DNA from: Laetmonice hystrix
Lineage: Eukaryota
Direction: 5' to 3'
NCBI GenBank assembly: GCA_965235115.1
Contig: OZ249436.1
Span: 64,418,001 to 64,482,000, forward strand
DNA length: 64,000 nt
Each line of letters begins with the position of its first letter. The stretch's first letter is position 1. Of this stretch, positions 1 to 12,500 are shown one piece after another. The notes below the pieces were generated by a model that saw only the letters and a program-made list of their open reading frames with translations, made no database searches and was not told the DNA's origin. A program made the translations under genes and the position numbers.

Positions 1-264
1 CGCCCCTGTAACCCATAGGATAGTGTAACTCCGATACCATCCCCGTTTTTAAGATTCCTTTTATGATATTGAATGCAGTTACATTTGGGACGGCCCTCAG
101 AATGATTAACACTTTATGCTAAGGGCTGGTTTTTTGTCGAACTATCATTCTCAACTTACACTAGAGAAATAATAAATAACTGGCGACTGTAAGTATGCGA
201 AAGGGAGATTGTACGCTCAAAAAGAGGGACGGGTTGGAACACATTGGGGAACCAAGGATGGGAC

Positions 265-323
265 GGGATAAAAAGTACAAAGACATGGTATGTTATGTAT
301 TAAAATAATATACAAACTTTATT
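265..323 (-). terminator. Candidate polyadenylation site
   Basis: Minus-strand AATAAA at 323-318, followed by GU/U-rich tgtctttgtactttt about 35-50 nt downstream. Confidence 0.45.
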
Positions 324-3300
324 GAGGTTGTTTTCTTTCATATATGAACTGTCTGCCCCGTTTCATAACTTAATGTGTGCAATGTCCGAATATTACCCGG
401 CGCCAATTGGCGGGGAGTTAGGGTCTCGTGAGATGCGTCCATGCTGCAGGCTGGGCCTATGTACAGTCGGCCTGTCTACACCTCATTCAACACACACACG
501 TCCATATCATAGACACACACATACACATACAGACAGCGCCCCACCGCAATACAATACATACTCCTTCCTCATCTCCTTTTATTATAAATTATAACAACTC
601 CATTATCTGTCATTTAGGTTTGTTCCCCTGATCGCGTCCCTACCGGTAAAAGAGGGAAGGTTTACACCTAAATTCCAATATTATACATGTGCCTGTTTGG
701 GTTGGATTCGACTATGCTGCAGCCTTGACGTTATGGACCTGACAAAGTGAACTAAACAACACCATATCTCGGGATAGAAAACTCAGCACGTTACTTATAT
801 ATCAACACCATATTCATACATAAGAGTATAAAAACCAGAAATGAGTTCAATCGGGCCTTCGAATTTAAAATATACGTTACAATCATTGTTCCGTTGTATG
901 GCAATTCAATAAATGACTTGTGCGGGAAATCACGTGGGCTGCTTTCAATAACAAAGCACGTGTTATAAATTATAATAATTCACGTGCCTAAGTAAAACCA
1001 ATCATGTTGCTGAGGATTTCGTCATGTTGTATACCAATGAATGCAGGAAAAGATATTTACACGCTTGAAAGTAACCAAGAACGATTCTCGCGTCTCTCGC
1101 GAGAGACGAGAAATGACGCCGTCATGACCACGTGACCAGGGCCCCTCATGTCAACGGCTCATCTTTACTTTGGCATTACTGCTGAGAAATTTGGCTTTTT
1201 AAAAATTAAAGATCATTAAAAGTAGTCAAAAAACACCATGGAGCACTGAACCTCAATCGTTATTCTATTGATTCCAAGGACATGTATAACCCGGAAACCA
1301 ACCCCTTCCCTTACATAGAGGTGATAAGAAATGAAAAACCAACATTTTAGAAAGAAACAGACCCCATTTGTCTGACCAGCTTTGGGGTTTCCTCCATCCA
1401 CGCACCATACTGTCCCTTGGCTTGAACTGCAGAGCACGGGCTCCTGCAGAGAAAGAAGCCAGCTTTTCTAAGCTTTGAAAGACTTGTCAGCACAGAGCAT
1501 CCGAGGTCCATAGAAAGGGTACATAGTACCACGCAAGGATAGCACAAGGTATCACAACGATAAATGCTCAAAACAAAACCACTGCGGGCACAATGATCAC
1601 TAGATGGTATCTGCTTAACTTCTCACCCTCACCAAAGAGATTCTCGTCACTTTTACAAATGAAGAGTTACTTTGGCAAGATTTAAAACCTACAGATGATC
1701 CTAGGTGTCAAACAGGTAGTGAAAATTTTGGCAGTATGTGATCACGAAAATACGTCTCTCTGCAAGACAAGGGACTTAGCACGGAGGAGGCAAAATAAGG
1801 ACGATTATTTGGAAAACGGAACGATATTCATGCACGCTGGTAAAACATCAGGTACCTTTACTTTTGCTGAATCAGTTATACTTATTAGTATCATACTTCT
1901 ATAAATACACCTGGCCACATTTCCTCTTCAGGCTAAAAACTCAATTGACCTTATTTCAAATACACATTGGACAAGGCAGATGCAGTTGATGCCAGACATT
2001 CATTGGATTGGTCATTTTTGAATAGGTTTTTATCTATAACTTGCTTGGTCACATCACAGAATACCAAGCAGTGTAGCCCGCTTATTTACATGCTTTAACC
2101 TTGGTCATCAACTCCTACTTACAAGATTGACCAAAATAATTTTTGGTCTTTAGGCATTGCTCAGTTTTTCACAACACTGTCAATGAACAATATGTACATT
2201 TCTGATGAAACTTTATACAATACCACAAGTTCATTGTTCTGTCTGCACAATGGCTAGCATTGAAGGCAGGTGCACCAATTCTCCAGCAAAACACCTTCCG
2301 AAAGTCTGAAGGCTCCTTTATTTGGACTTTCTCACAGAAAAATCCGTATTCCTACCGCAGAAACATACTGTGGGGAAAACTCCCCTAATACTTCATGAAA
2401 TATGAAGAGAAACACACACGTTCTCTGCACTTCATGGGCGAAAACATCCATTATGAATTTGATAAATAGTAACCTTCTTCTGGATAGCTATTTGACATGC
2501 TAGTGAAACCTAGATACTGTACAGACGCATTGCCCTGATTCTGAGTATATATGCCTGAAGCTGAACCCGTACTCTGAGCTATGTTACACTGCTTGTGCGG
2601 CCACAGTCTGGTGTTATATTGCCGGACCTATCCTGTTGGTGGGAAGGGAACCAGGGCCAATACTGGTAGCAGCCGGTCTCATCACATCTCCTACTCACAT
2701 GGCCAACCGACAGCAGCTCACATGACTTGTGTAAGTTGACCAAAACAAACAAACATAAAAAAATAGAGAAAAAACACACAAAAGGATGGACCTGACTGGG
2801 ACATGATAGCAGGAGGGGTTTGATGGACTTTAGTTTGGGGTGTAGTGGGTGGGGAACCATTCTCCTTGGACAAAAGGACATGTCGAGTTGTTCGACTGAC
2901 AGGCCAGGACCTTAGTAAACCACCGAGTTGGGCCACGTACGAGACGACCAGCCACCAGGGCCAGCCACGAGTTTCCGTACCACAACTGGGCCACAATCAA
3001 CGTGTCCTTCAGGTCAGCGTTCCGTACCCACCCAGCCGGTGTAACCCCCAAGTCATCGTTCATTGTCCACACACGTGCATTATTTGGTTGTTATCCTACA
3101 CGTCTCACCCTGACCACCAGTCAGTCGGGCCTGCTATCGGTTGGCCAGGGAACAGTGTAGCCCTAGCTCCTCGTCTTCCATCGTTTCCCACTCTCACGGA
3201 GCCGCTCTCCACACAGAGAGAGCCCTTTCCCTCCGCTTCCGGCCGAGCTCCCTGGGAGCCACTCTCCTCCCCCAGCCGGGCTACGGTCTCCAGCCCCAGT

Positions 3301-3437
3301 CCCGCTGGACCAAGTCCACTTCAAAAATATCACAATATGATTTACTGACGCACTTTTTGTCTCAGTGTTCTTTCCTTTCACCACCAGTCTGAGCGGCGCC
3401 AGCGGCGGCCACCTCAGACTCGCTGCCGGCCGCCAAC
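300..3437 (-). other. Axin: Probable long Axin 3'UTR (end uncertain)
   Basis: Follows the stop codon; four sense-strand TGTAHATA elements; AATAAA at 318-323 (an alternative AATAAA at 2317-2322). Confidence 0.5.
925..1140. promoter_or_regulatory. Housekeeping-promoter-like motif cluster
   Basis: TCTCGCGAGA 1095-1104 inside an 18-bp perfect palindrome 1091-1108; several CACGTG E-boxes (about 929, 941-946 region, 980, 1129); CCAAT near 998. Confidence 0.4.
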
Positions 3438-3564
3438 TCACTCGATCTTCTCCACCTTGCCAAACACTTTGCCCTCCCACAGCGGTAGGATGGCGCTGTC
3501 GTCCGTCACCTCCTCCAGGATCACGTCCGAACCGAACTCATTGCTCGCAGCCTTGAAGAAATAC
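3438..3564 (-). CDS. Axin: Axin last coding exon: C-terminal half of the DIX domain ([41 protein letters not shown])
   Basis: Acceptor ggctgctttcag, TGA at 3438-3440; canonical DIX C-terminus. Confidence 0.96.
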
Positions 3565-6500
3565 CTGAAAGCAGCCAAACAATAGCAGACCATTGAGCAT
3601 CATAGAATCTCACAGGCGATGGCACGATCATAAATTACATGCTGGGCACACAGAGAGTACACAGGTCACGTGATCAGATATCAAAGGGTTGTGTGAACCA
3701 TATTCAGGTATCAGGTTTCCGACGACATCAAAGAACCGTCTATTAGGAGGACGTAAAGGGAGCAAGTTTACAATTAGTTCTCTCAAGTCATCGAGCTTTT
3801 TCTCGTCTTGTTGTCATCAGCAGTAATGGATCTATTATGTCATTGCAATGTCAGTCAAGGCAGGGGGGCTTTGCTACGTGGTGTCGGTTTGCATGTCGCC
3901 GGCTCTAATAGAAACAGCAGTTAATTTATTGGAGCACCTGTGTCAGATCATTTTACAATATTCTCCACACCTCTGCGCTGCGTACTGTGGATTTTTTTCA
4001 CATCCATCCCTTATCAACTTCAGTATCTGTCACTTCAGTATATCACGTTTGTACCCCGACACGTCCCCACCCCAGTTTTTACCCCCTCCCCTTTTGCGGC
4101 AAGACCCCTTGCTAAGTCAATCACCACGCCGCTTTCTTAGCTAACCTTAGCTAACTGTACCTGGTTGAGATGGATCATCTTCTCTAATGAATACACAATC
4201 AAACCCTTTGATCGTGCACTCGCTCGGTCCTAAACATAACAAAGTGTTACACAACAGGCGGATTGGATATGTCATCAAAGGCCACTAATGTGCCGATTGT
4301 CGAGTGTGGATCCCATGCTAAACGTGGTCAGGTCATGTAGATCTTGGCTCTAGTAAACTTTACATCTCGTCTTATCTTCACCTCCCACTCCACCCACCAC
4401 GCTGTCCTTGTGCCTGACTAAAAGCAAGCAAGATAATCTCAACACAGCCTTACTAGGTTTCCTTTCATCTGGGCTTCCTTTCTCATCCTCTGTTATAAAC
4501 ACCTAACGTATGTTCCAAACTCCAACATTCTAAAGGTATAAGATAAACCATATAAAAAAAGTCAAACCGAAACCATTTGTCAGTCGTTCATCGCGGCGTT
4601 AATTCTTTCACAAACCTCATCAGTTCACCCCCCCCCCCCCCCCACACACCCAGCGGGATCTGACTGGACGAATCAGCATTCAGCCCGCCCACCGCCCGTC
4701 TGGATCAAAGTGTCGACCCCGTGGATTCACAGAGGTCCTTGTGGGATGACCCGCCTCAGAAGCAGTATCCGATGTCCAATAGCCAACTGGTGATATTAAA
4801 TTAAAGCCAGTCCGCCGCCTCCTATGGCACCCATCATTAGCACTTATTAACGACCCTGCAGTCCATTATCACCGACACATGACCACTGAACTACTGCTTA
4901 CATACATCAATCTATACCCGCCCTTACCATACCAACCCCCTGCCACGATCGAAACACAATGCTCACATATTTGGGTGTTGGCCCCTGTTGAGATGTTGCT
5001 TGTGACAGGAGGTCGTCCTTTTAGATATACATCTCTACTCTTTGATATAGGTCCCTCGTCTGTAGGAATCCGGGGGTGGGGGTGGGGGTGGGGGTGGGGG
5101 GTGGGGGCGGATGACCACGGCAGGCCGGGCACGGGCGTGGGGTGGGGTACGATGTACCCTCGTGCCTGACCGACAGTGAAGTACATAGCAGCCACTATAT
5201 CAGTACACCCGACTGACCCATCATTTGGCGAGTTGTACCTAGGACACCATATTAACACATGGCCTGATCAAAGGATGCACTGCATCTATCACCAATACAC
5301 CAACCGTATCCACCACACAATCACTGTCTATCACTGTCACTGCCACAACCGAGATGCTCCACTTTAATTACAATGACAAACTTGCAATATTGTTGCCAGT
5401 TGACGGGCAGCTGTCAAACAGTGCAAGCGAATCAAAGTCGGCCGCCGTCCCCTCCGCCTGTAATTATTGCCACCTGGACGTTGACTGACATCTTCCCCGC
5501 TTCGATTCACAGCCAAACCATGCCATTCGCCACTCAGCCAATTTCTCTCCCAAACTTGAATTGCAAATAGGGGATCTCTGTCCGCGGCTATCTCTAAGTC
5601 AGTGCCAACAAGGGTCGTTGTCAGTTATTACACTGATTCCTGGGTCATCTTGACTGTGGTACAAAGGCTGAAATACACCATAAATCACGTCTATTACCTG
5701 GCTCTCCGAACCTCTCTAGGCTGAGATCTTACTGGTTACACACAGCTCTACAAGCTTACAGTTAGCTCCTCTCGAGAACCATTTTACCTGATACTCTGTA
5801 GCTCAGACCCTCCAATACCAACCCATCCCAACCCTACTCCTGGCCACACCCGGCTTGCTTCCTCTCCCACTCAGGGGTTTTTAAGAGGGAGAGGTGTGAA
5901 CTCCTTACGAGGTTTTAACTTTCATCTGGAAGCCATCACTTATTGGACCTTCCACGATCGTTCAGTGTATCTTCCTTGCCCTGCTCCTGAACACGGCCAA
6001 GGGGGCCACGTGACTAAGGTAGGGTTGAGAGGCGCGATTATTTTTTATGTTGTGGAATCTGGAAACAGTCAGCCGGGAGGGTGGGTTAGGGAGGGGTGGG
6101 GTAGGGAGGGTGGGGTAGGTGAGGAGATGGATGCAGTGGGAAGCCACACACAGAGATGGGAGGGCGCGTGCGGTGTGGGGTCGACAAGATGGTAATTAGT
6201 GCTGTTACCACCGGCACCCAGGGGGGTAGGGTGTGCGAGCCTGAGGGCTCCATGCCCCCCTCCACCCCACCCCCACTCTATCCACAGCTGGCCTCCACAT
6301 CTCCTATCCTCTTCCTCTCAAGGTGATGGGGGCTCCCACAGGTATACCCTCACCTGGCCGCCGGGGGTTGCGGTGGGTGTGTAATAGGGCCAGAACAGAG
6401 GACCATCTAGATGTGATGTCCAGGTGCTTGCCTTGAACAATCTAAAACACAACACAAGCTGGCCATTGTGCAGAACGGCACAGGTTGTCGTAGCGATAAC

Positions 6501-9500
6501 TGGCTGAGGTCAATACACCTCCGAGCAGGGCAATCGGGCGATAATAGGGCCACCGCCGGGCAAAAACAACCCACAGCATTCCTTCATGGTTATAAACTAT
6601 ACAGCCGGCTTTGGCTGGGGTGGGGGTCGGGGTGGTGTCAAGAAGGCAAGGGGTTTCTAACACCGTATACCACTACCGCCCCAAATCACCATCTGCTTGC
6701 TATAATAATGATAGATCATAACAACAATTTCTCACATTGGTAGAAGACGGACCCACAGCACCCTGATATTTCACCACACCTATTGATCAGGAGTTCCCTA
6801 ACTTTTCATTGTCAGTGTTTGAGCCAACCCACGTGTCACTTAAACCTACACTATTCTCCGAGAACTTCAGTTTATCAAATCGACGGTTACACCGCATGGT
6901 ATCTTCCTCCATGGACTGCCTGGACCGAGTAGGGGGTTGGCCGGGGGCACGCCCCCCCCCCAAAGTTTACTGACCACAGTCTGGGCCATCCAAGGTTGTC
7001 CTGCAGTGGGGTGCGGCAGACAGTGTAGGGTTGGAGGCCGAGTCCGGCCCGTGTTATTTGTGGGCCAGTAAGTTGGGGCCGGGCGCTGACGGGCTGTCAG
7101 GCCGGGTTAGCTGTGGGCCGTGGTGCGGCCCGACTTCACAGGCGGGCCCCAATCTACCCGGACTAACACTCCGGCTCAAATATCACAGGCGCAAAGCAGC
7201 GGTAGAGATCAGTAGCAGATAGCATTACAGACAGGGCCAAACAACTGTGCAAAGGTCCTGCTGGCTGCGCGGGTTGCGCACCACTTCAGAGGCCAGCCTA
7301 CATAGCGAGTCCCTGAACCTCACATACCAACCGCCCTCTTCCTACACCAATCCAACCGGAAAGTGGCAAAACCGACTTGCCAAGGTAAACACCAGTGCAG
7401 ATTATGCTACTTTTAAAGGGTGCAGTGTTCAGAACTTGTGAAGCATCCAAGATAACGCTTCGCTTTGGTCTGGGTCGTGTGGAGTACTTCACTCCGCCCC
7501 GACCACGGCCAGGGACGAGCAAGTCGGGGCTGACAGTATTTAAGTCCTTCAACACTTCCAACTTCCGCATTGTTTAAGTTAAGTGATTCCGGAGATGTCA
7601 TGGTGATATATGAGGACGATACGAATAAAATATCATGTGTCTGATGTTACGACAAGAAAGTCTCGTGGCGTGATGTCGAGGGGATAGGAGCGCCGAAATC
7701 CTGCTCTGACAGACTATAAACTTTCAACTTTGCTCTGTGATATATTAAACCCCACCAAATGGGAAATTTGCATACACGTGCGTGACCATGTCCTAAACCG
7801 GTGGCCACAGTGACTGCGGTTTGATCCTTTTAATTTCCTCCTACCCCCTCGCCTATACGGGTGTGTGTTGGGGGGGAGGGGGGTCTCTCTTGGCTGGGAT
7901 CAAAGGGACCGGAGCTGGTACGGTTCAGGGTGGCGGGCGGCAGGGTGGTGGTCGTGATGGTGGTGCTGTCAGGGCCCTCTCACTGGCTGACCTACACCCA
8001 CACTGTCCACACCCACACCACACCCAGTCCTCTGTTGGCCGTCCTCTCACTGGCTGACCGACACCCACTGTCCACACCAAATCCTCTGTTGTCTGCCCTC
8101 TCACTGGCTGACCTACACCCACACTGTCCACACTCACACCACACCCAGTCCTCTGTTGGCTGCCCTCTCACTGGCTGACCCACACTGTCCACACCCAGTC
8201 CTCTGTTGTCTGCCCTCTCACTGGCTGACCCACACCCACACTGTCAACACCCACACCACACCCAGTCCTCTGTTGGCTGCCCTCTCACTGGCTGACCTAC
8301 ACCCACACTGTCCACACCCAGTCCTCTGTTGGCCGTCCTCTCACTGGCTGACCCACACCCACACTGTCCACACCCAGTCCTCTGTTGTCTGCCCTCTCAC
8401 TGGCTGACCTACACCCACACTGTCCACACCCACACCACACCCAGTCCTCTGTTGGCCGTCCTCTCACTGGCTGACCTACACCCACACTGTCCACACCCAG
8501 TCCTCTGTTGGCCACCCTCTCACTGGCTGACCCACACCCACACTGTCCACACCCACACTACACCCAGTCCTCTGTTGGCCGTCCTCTCACTGGCTGACCT
8601 ACACCCACACTGTCCACACCCAGTCCTCTGTTGGCCGCCCTCTCACTGGCTGACCCACACCCACACTGTCCACACCCAGTCCTCTGTTGTCTGCCCTCTC
8701 ACTGGCTAACCCACACCCACACTGTCCACACCCAGTCCTCTGTTGTCTGCCCTCTCACTGGCTAACCCACACCCACACTGTCCACACCCAGTCCTCTGTT
8801 GGCCGCCCTCTCACTGGCTGACCCGCACCCACACTGTCCACACCACACCGAGCCCTCTGTTAACCGTCACATGCTATCATCATCATCCCAGCTCCTTCCT
8901 CCCCCCCACCCCCACCATAGTCTGTGGTAATAACACCCGGTCCTTGTTCTCTGCCCACTGACCAGTCACAAATTGTCAATATTTGGGTCCTGCCGAATGG
9001 TGGCTGGTATTAGCGGCACTGCATGCCCTCTCTTTGATTCCACCCTGCCCCCTCCTGACCCGCCCCGTGCCCCAGGAAGCGATCAGCCTCCCGTTTGGCC
9101 GGGATCCAAACGCCCGTTGTCACCACTGCCTTCTTATCACACAAATCATACGCGTTTTATCTCAACTTTGACAAATTCCGTATACTGCACCTGTCTAACC
9201 GACTCAAACGCAACATTCTTTCGCCGCGGTTCCTTATCGCTGATGGCCGACTTCAAAAGGCGGTAATAAACTGATGGAAGTTGGGAATCTTTGAGCGCTG
9301 TCCCTGTCATTCAGTGGGCAGCTATATCACCAGTACGGGCCAGTCAAACATGCTAATTGTTCTCGGGCTGAGTCGTCACAAGGCGACCCACATCAAACAT
9401 GTTCGTTTCTATGTGACCTGATGTATAGACCCGAGTCCTGGCTCCGCTGCTTGCTTCCAATCAGTCCACGGCGGCGGACAATTTCTTTACACCAAACTGA

Positions 9501-12500
9501 CTTGTGATGGCCTTGTTCTACGTGGGCGAAACACACAAATAAGGACGGGAGGGGAGCTTATGACAGCTCGGTCTGTCTGCTGGTGGATGAGGTGGGGAGG
9601 GGGGGGAGGGGGGTGTCTATCATGTGTGCGGGAACGGTTACCATGTGTTAACGAGGTGAAGTAACAAAAACACACTTCAGACGCTCCTCACTGAGTTACT
9701 CTCAAGTTACCTTCGTAAACTTATTATGGTTTGGGATAAATACGAATATCTCTATTTACCTTAGATACGTTTGATCTACCCAAGCATGGCAAGTACGACC
9801 CAAAGGGTACTAAAAAATAATCGGTGTGCCAAACTGAGTACCGTGCCGGACTTGAGCGAGCAAACTCTGCCCCACCTCACACCAGTCCCCCAAGGACAAG
9901 CCGAGGGCCACTTGGTACACTTGCTGTTGGAAGACTACTCTTCTTTTTCATTCTCTCTATTCATTCTCTCTAGGTACTCGAGGTACGAGAATAAACGATA
10001 CAAGTCAACATACAAACGGACCTCTCTATACACGACCATGGATGCCCTCACCAAGGCTGGGTAGGGCCGGTCAGTGTTTGGGTAGTGTGAGATATTTTGA
10101 TTGGGCACTTTCTTGCTAACCTAACCTAACCCTACCAACGACCACCTCCATCCCCTACACCACCAGTGCCTCCGCTCTTTCCGCTCGGCTGCCCCTGACT
10201 GATGGTCGAGAATCAGTCTCCACAGCTGCTATGTGCCTCGTCCATCTTTACCTGGAGGTTACCATATCTACCCCCTCCCTGTGCCCCCAGCCGGCGGCCA
10301 TGGGTTCTACCATATATAACCTGAGATTCCACCCGCCGGGTTACTCATGCACCCTCAACTCCTCAGTCTATCTGCTGGTGGTTTTCACCAGCCGCATCAA
10401 CAGCCCCATCCCACCACCCTAACCCTCACATCAAAGCCTTACACCTCTCTTAACCTTGGCCCTGTGCCACTAGCCAAGACACTATGCATCATCTCCCTTC
10501 ATCATCTCCCCTTGCCTAAAGTAAAGGGGTCCCAAGAATTCTGTACAACTGTTGTGAGCCGGTGGGAGGGGGAAGGGGTGTAATGGTATGTCAGATGGTA
10601 TGTTAACATTAACCACACCCCGCTATGTGATGCAACATCAACTGTTGGGTACATCACTGATGTGATGGGTAAAACCTCGCCACCCCTCTCCCCCAACCCT
10701 CCAAACACACCCTCCATCCCATCTTAGATCCAGCATCTCGCACTGGCGGCCCTCGCATACCCACAATACCTCAGGGTCCCTACGCCCACTCCCACCTCTC
10801 CTGTCAACAAAGCTTCCCCCCGGACCCCCCCCCCCCCCCACATACCCAGGGGGAGTGTTTACTACATGCCGGGGAGAGATCAGTGCAGGTAAGTCATCTC
10901 AGATTAATGAACCTGGTTCTTCTCAACATGACGACAGGTGTGTAGGGCGACAAGCAACTTACCGACTTACTACCACGACAACACCAACCTATTCAACAAC
11001 CCTGCAGTATGGAGGAGGTGGGGTATCAAAAACAGGGCTCTCACAGCAAACTGAAATTACCTGATAATTTAAAGTCCTTTAAACTGCCTATGAAAAGTCA
11101 GAACTGTATCTTGATCATGTTTAGACGTTTTCTTTCTTACAAAGAAAAAGAGATTATTTCATGCCCATTTACCAGCACCTTCCTAGGACTTCTAACATTA
11201 TTCCAGGACCTTGCAGGCGAGTGAGAACCCTGTTAAAAATAACATAAAATCTTCCATGTATACGTGGCGATGTACGTACCTGTAGCTGCCTCTCTTGGTG
11301 ACAAGTTGTTTGAACTGTCCGAGGGTGACCTGTTTGCCTGGAATGGTACTCCTGTATGGGATCGTCTCCCCACAGAACAGATAGCCAACCACTGTCACAT
11401 CACCGGCCGGTGTGGTCGGCGCGCTCGTCGACTGCCGCCGTGGGTTCCTCTTGCTGCAAACACATACAACCGTTACAATGATTACACGCAACAAGGCAAG
11501 CTTCCACAAGTTTCTTGTTTCAGCGTAACGCTTCCAATGAGCTCGTTTAGACTGGTGTGAGGAAGGCAACGAAAGACCAGCCAATATTAAACAAAGTTTA
11601 ATTTTTTTTCGTTGATGTTTTCACTTGCATTCCTGGCCGGTAAAGAATTCTGTTGTTTACCTCATATTGTTAATTATTATGACCTTGTTGATTAGCTCAG
11701 TACTTACCTGAAGGAGGTTTCGGAATCCCGTGAGAGGTCGAGGGCCTGAGGAGGTGGAATGCCTTTGGTTGAGGTCATAGGGCGTGGGGTGGCAGGATAG
11801 AATGGTGGAACCATACTTCGCCGTTCCTTCGATGTACCCGTATACCTGAAACACATCAAAAACATCGAATCTCATCATCAATTCTCAATCGTTGTTCTCA
11901 TCATGTCCTCACAGGCAACTCGATATTGAAAGTTGGATCTGAAAAAGGGTATTAAAAAAAGCTCTCGACAACATGGCAATTAGCAGTCAGTTGACCCTCC
12001 CAAGTACGTCTGTTGCTGATTCGGATCGTCTATTCCCTTATGATCAAAGGGCAGGCTCACTGATGGCAGGCATGTAAGAGAACCCAGGCAGCCTCACTTG
12101 ATATGCACCACATAGGTTAGCAAAGTACATACTTGTCTTTGACAGGCGAGCTCGAAAGGCGAGGATCAAGCTCTTCAATGGTAGGAGCAGCCAGCCAATG
12201 CCTTTGTAAAACCTGCAGCGCATTTATCAACGCCAGCACATAGCAAGATGACGGGGGTCTCATCATTGCCATTTCCCTTTGAAATCACTCTCACAACACA
12301 TAAAAGGCAATAAGACAATTCCTGTTGGGGAGGAGAGGGGGGTTGGGGCAGCGCCGGCGGCCGAGGCCAGTTTAATGTGGTCAATCTTGGTCGCACTGAT
12401 GGCATTTGGCCGACTAGGCCTGACACTAAGCGAGCAGTTATTCATTCCATGGGCATCATCGCTAAACTTTCCATCCCTCTAATCTTGTACTCCGAAAACG

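Noticed and set aside
2317-2322. Proximal AATAAA as the sole polyA signal
   Set aside because: It may be an alternative site, but the four PREs and a better AATAAA with a GU-rich element lie further downstream.
2845-3348. 167-aa plus-strand ORF
   Set aside because: It is antisense to the Axin 3'UTR, has a non-ATG start, is Pro/Ser low-complexity and shows no recognisable domain.
7821-8961. Many overlapping His/Thr/Pro-rich ORFs
   Set aside because: They are artefacts of the stop-poor CA-rich minisatellite.
11454-11584. ORF extension upstream of the DIX exon with a pyrimidine-rich acceptor near 11552
   Set aside because: That acceptor is phase 0 in the DIX frame, but the upstream donor is phase 2; the phase-matched frame hits TAA.
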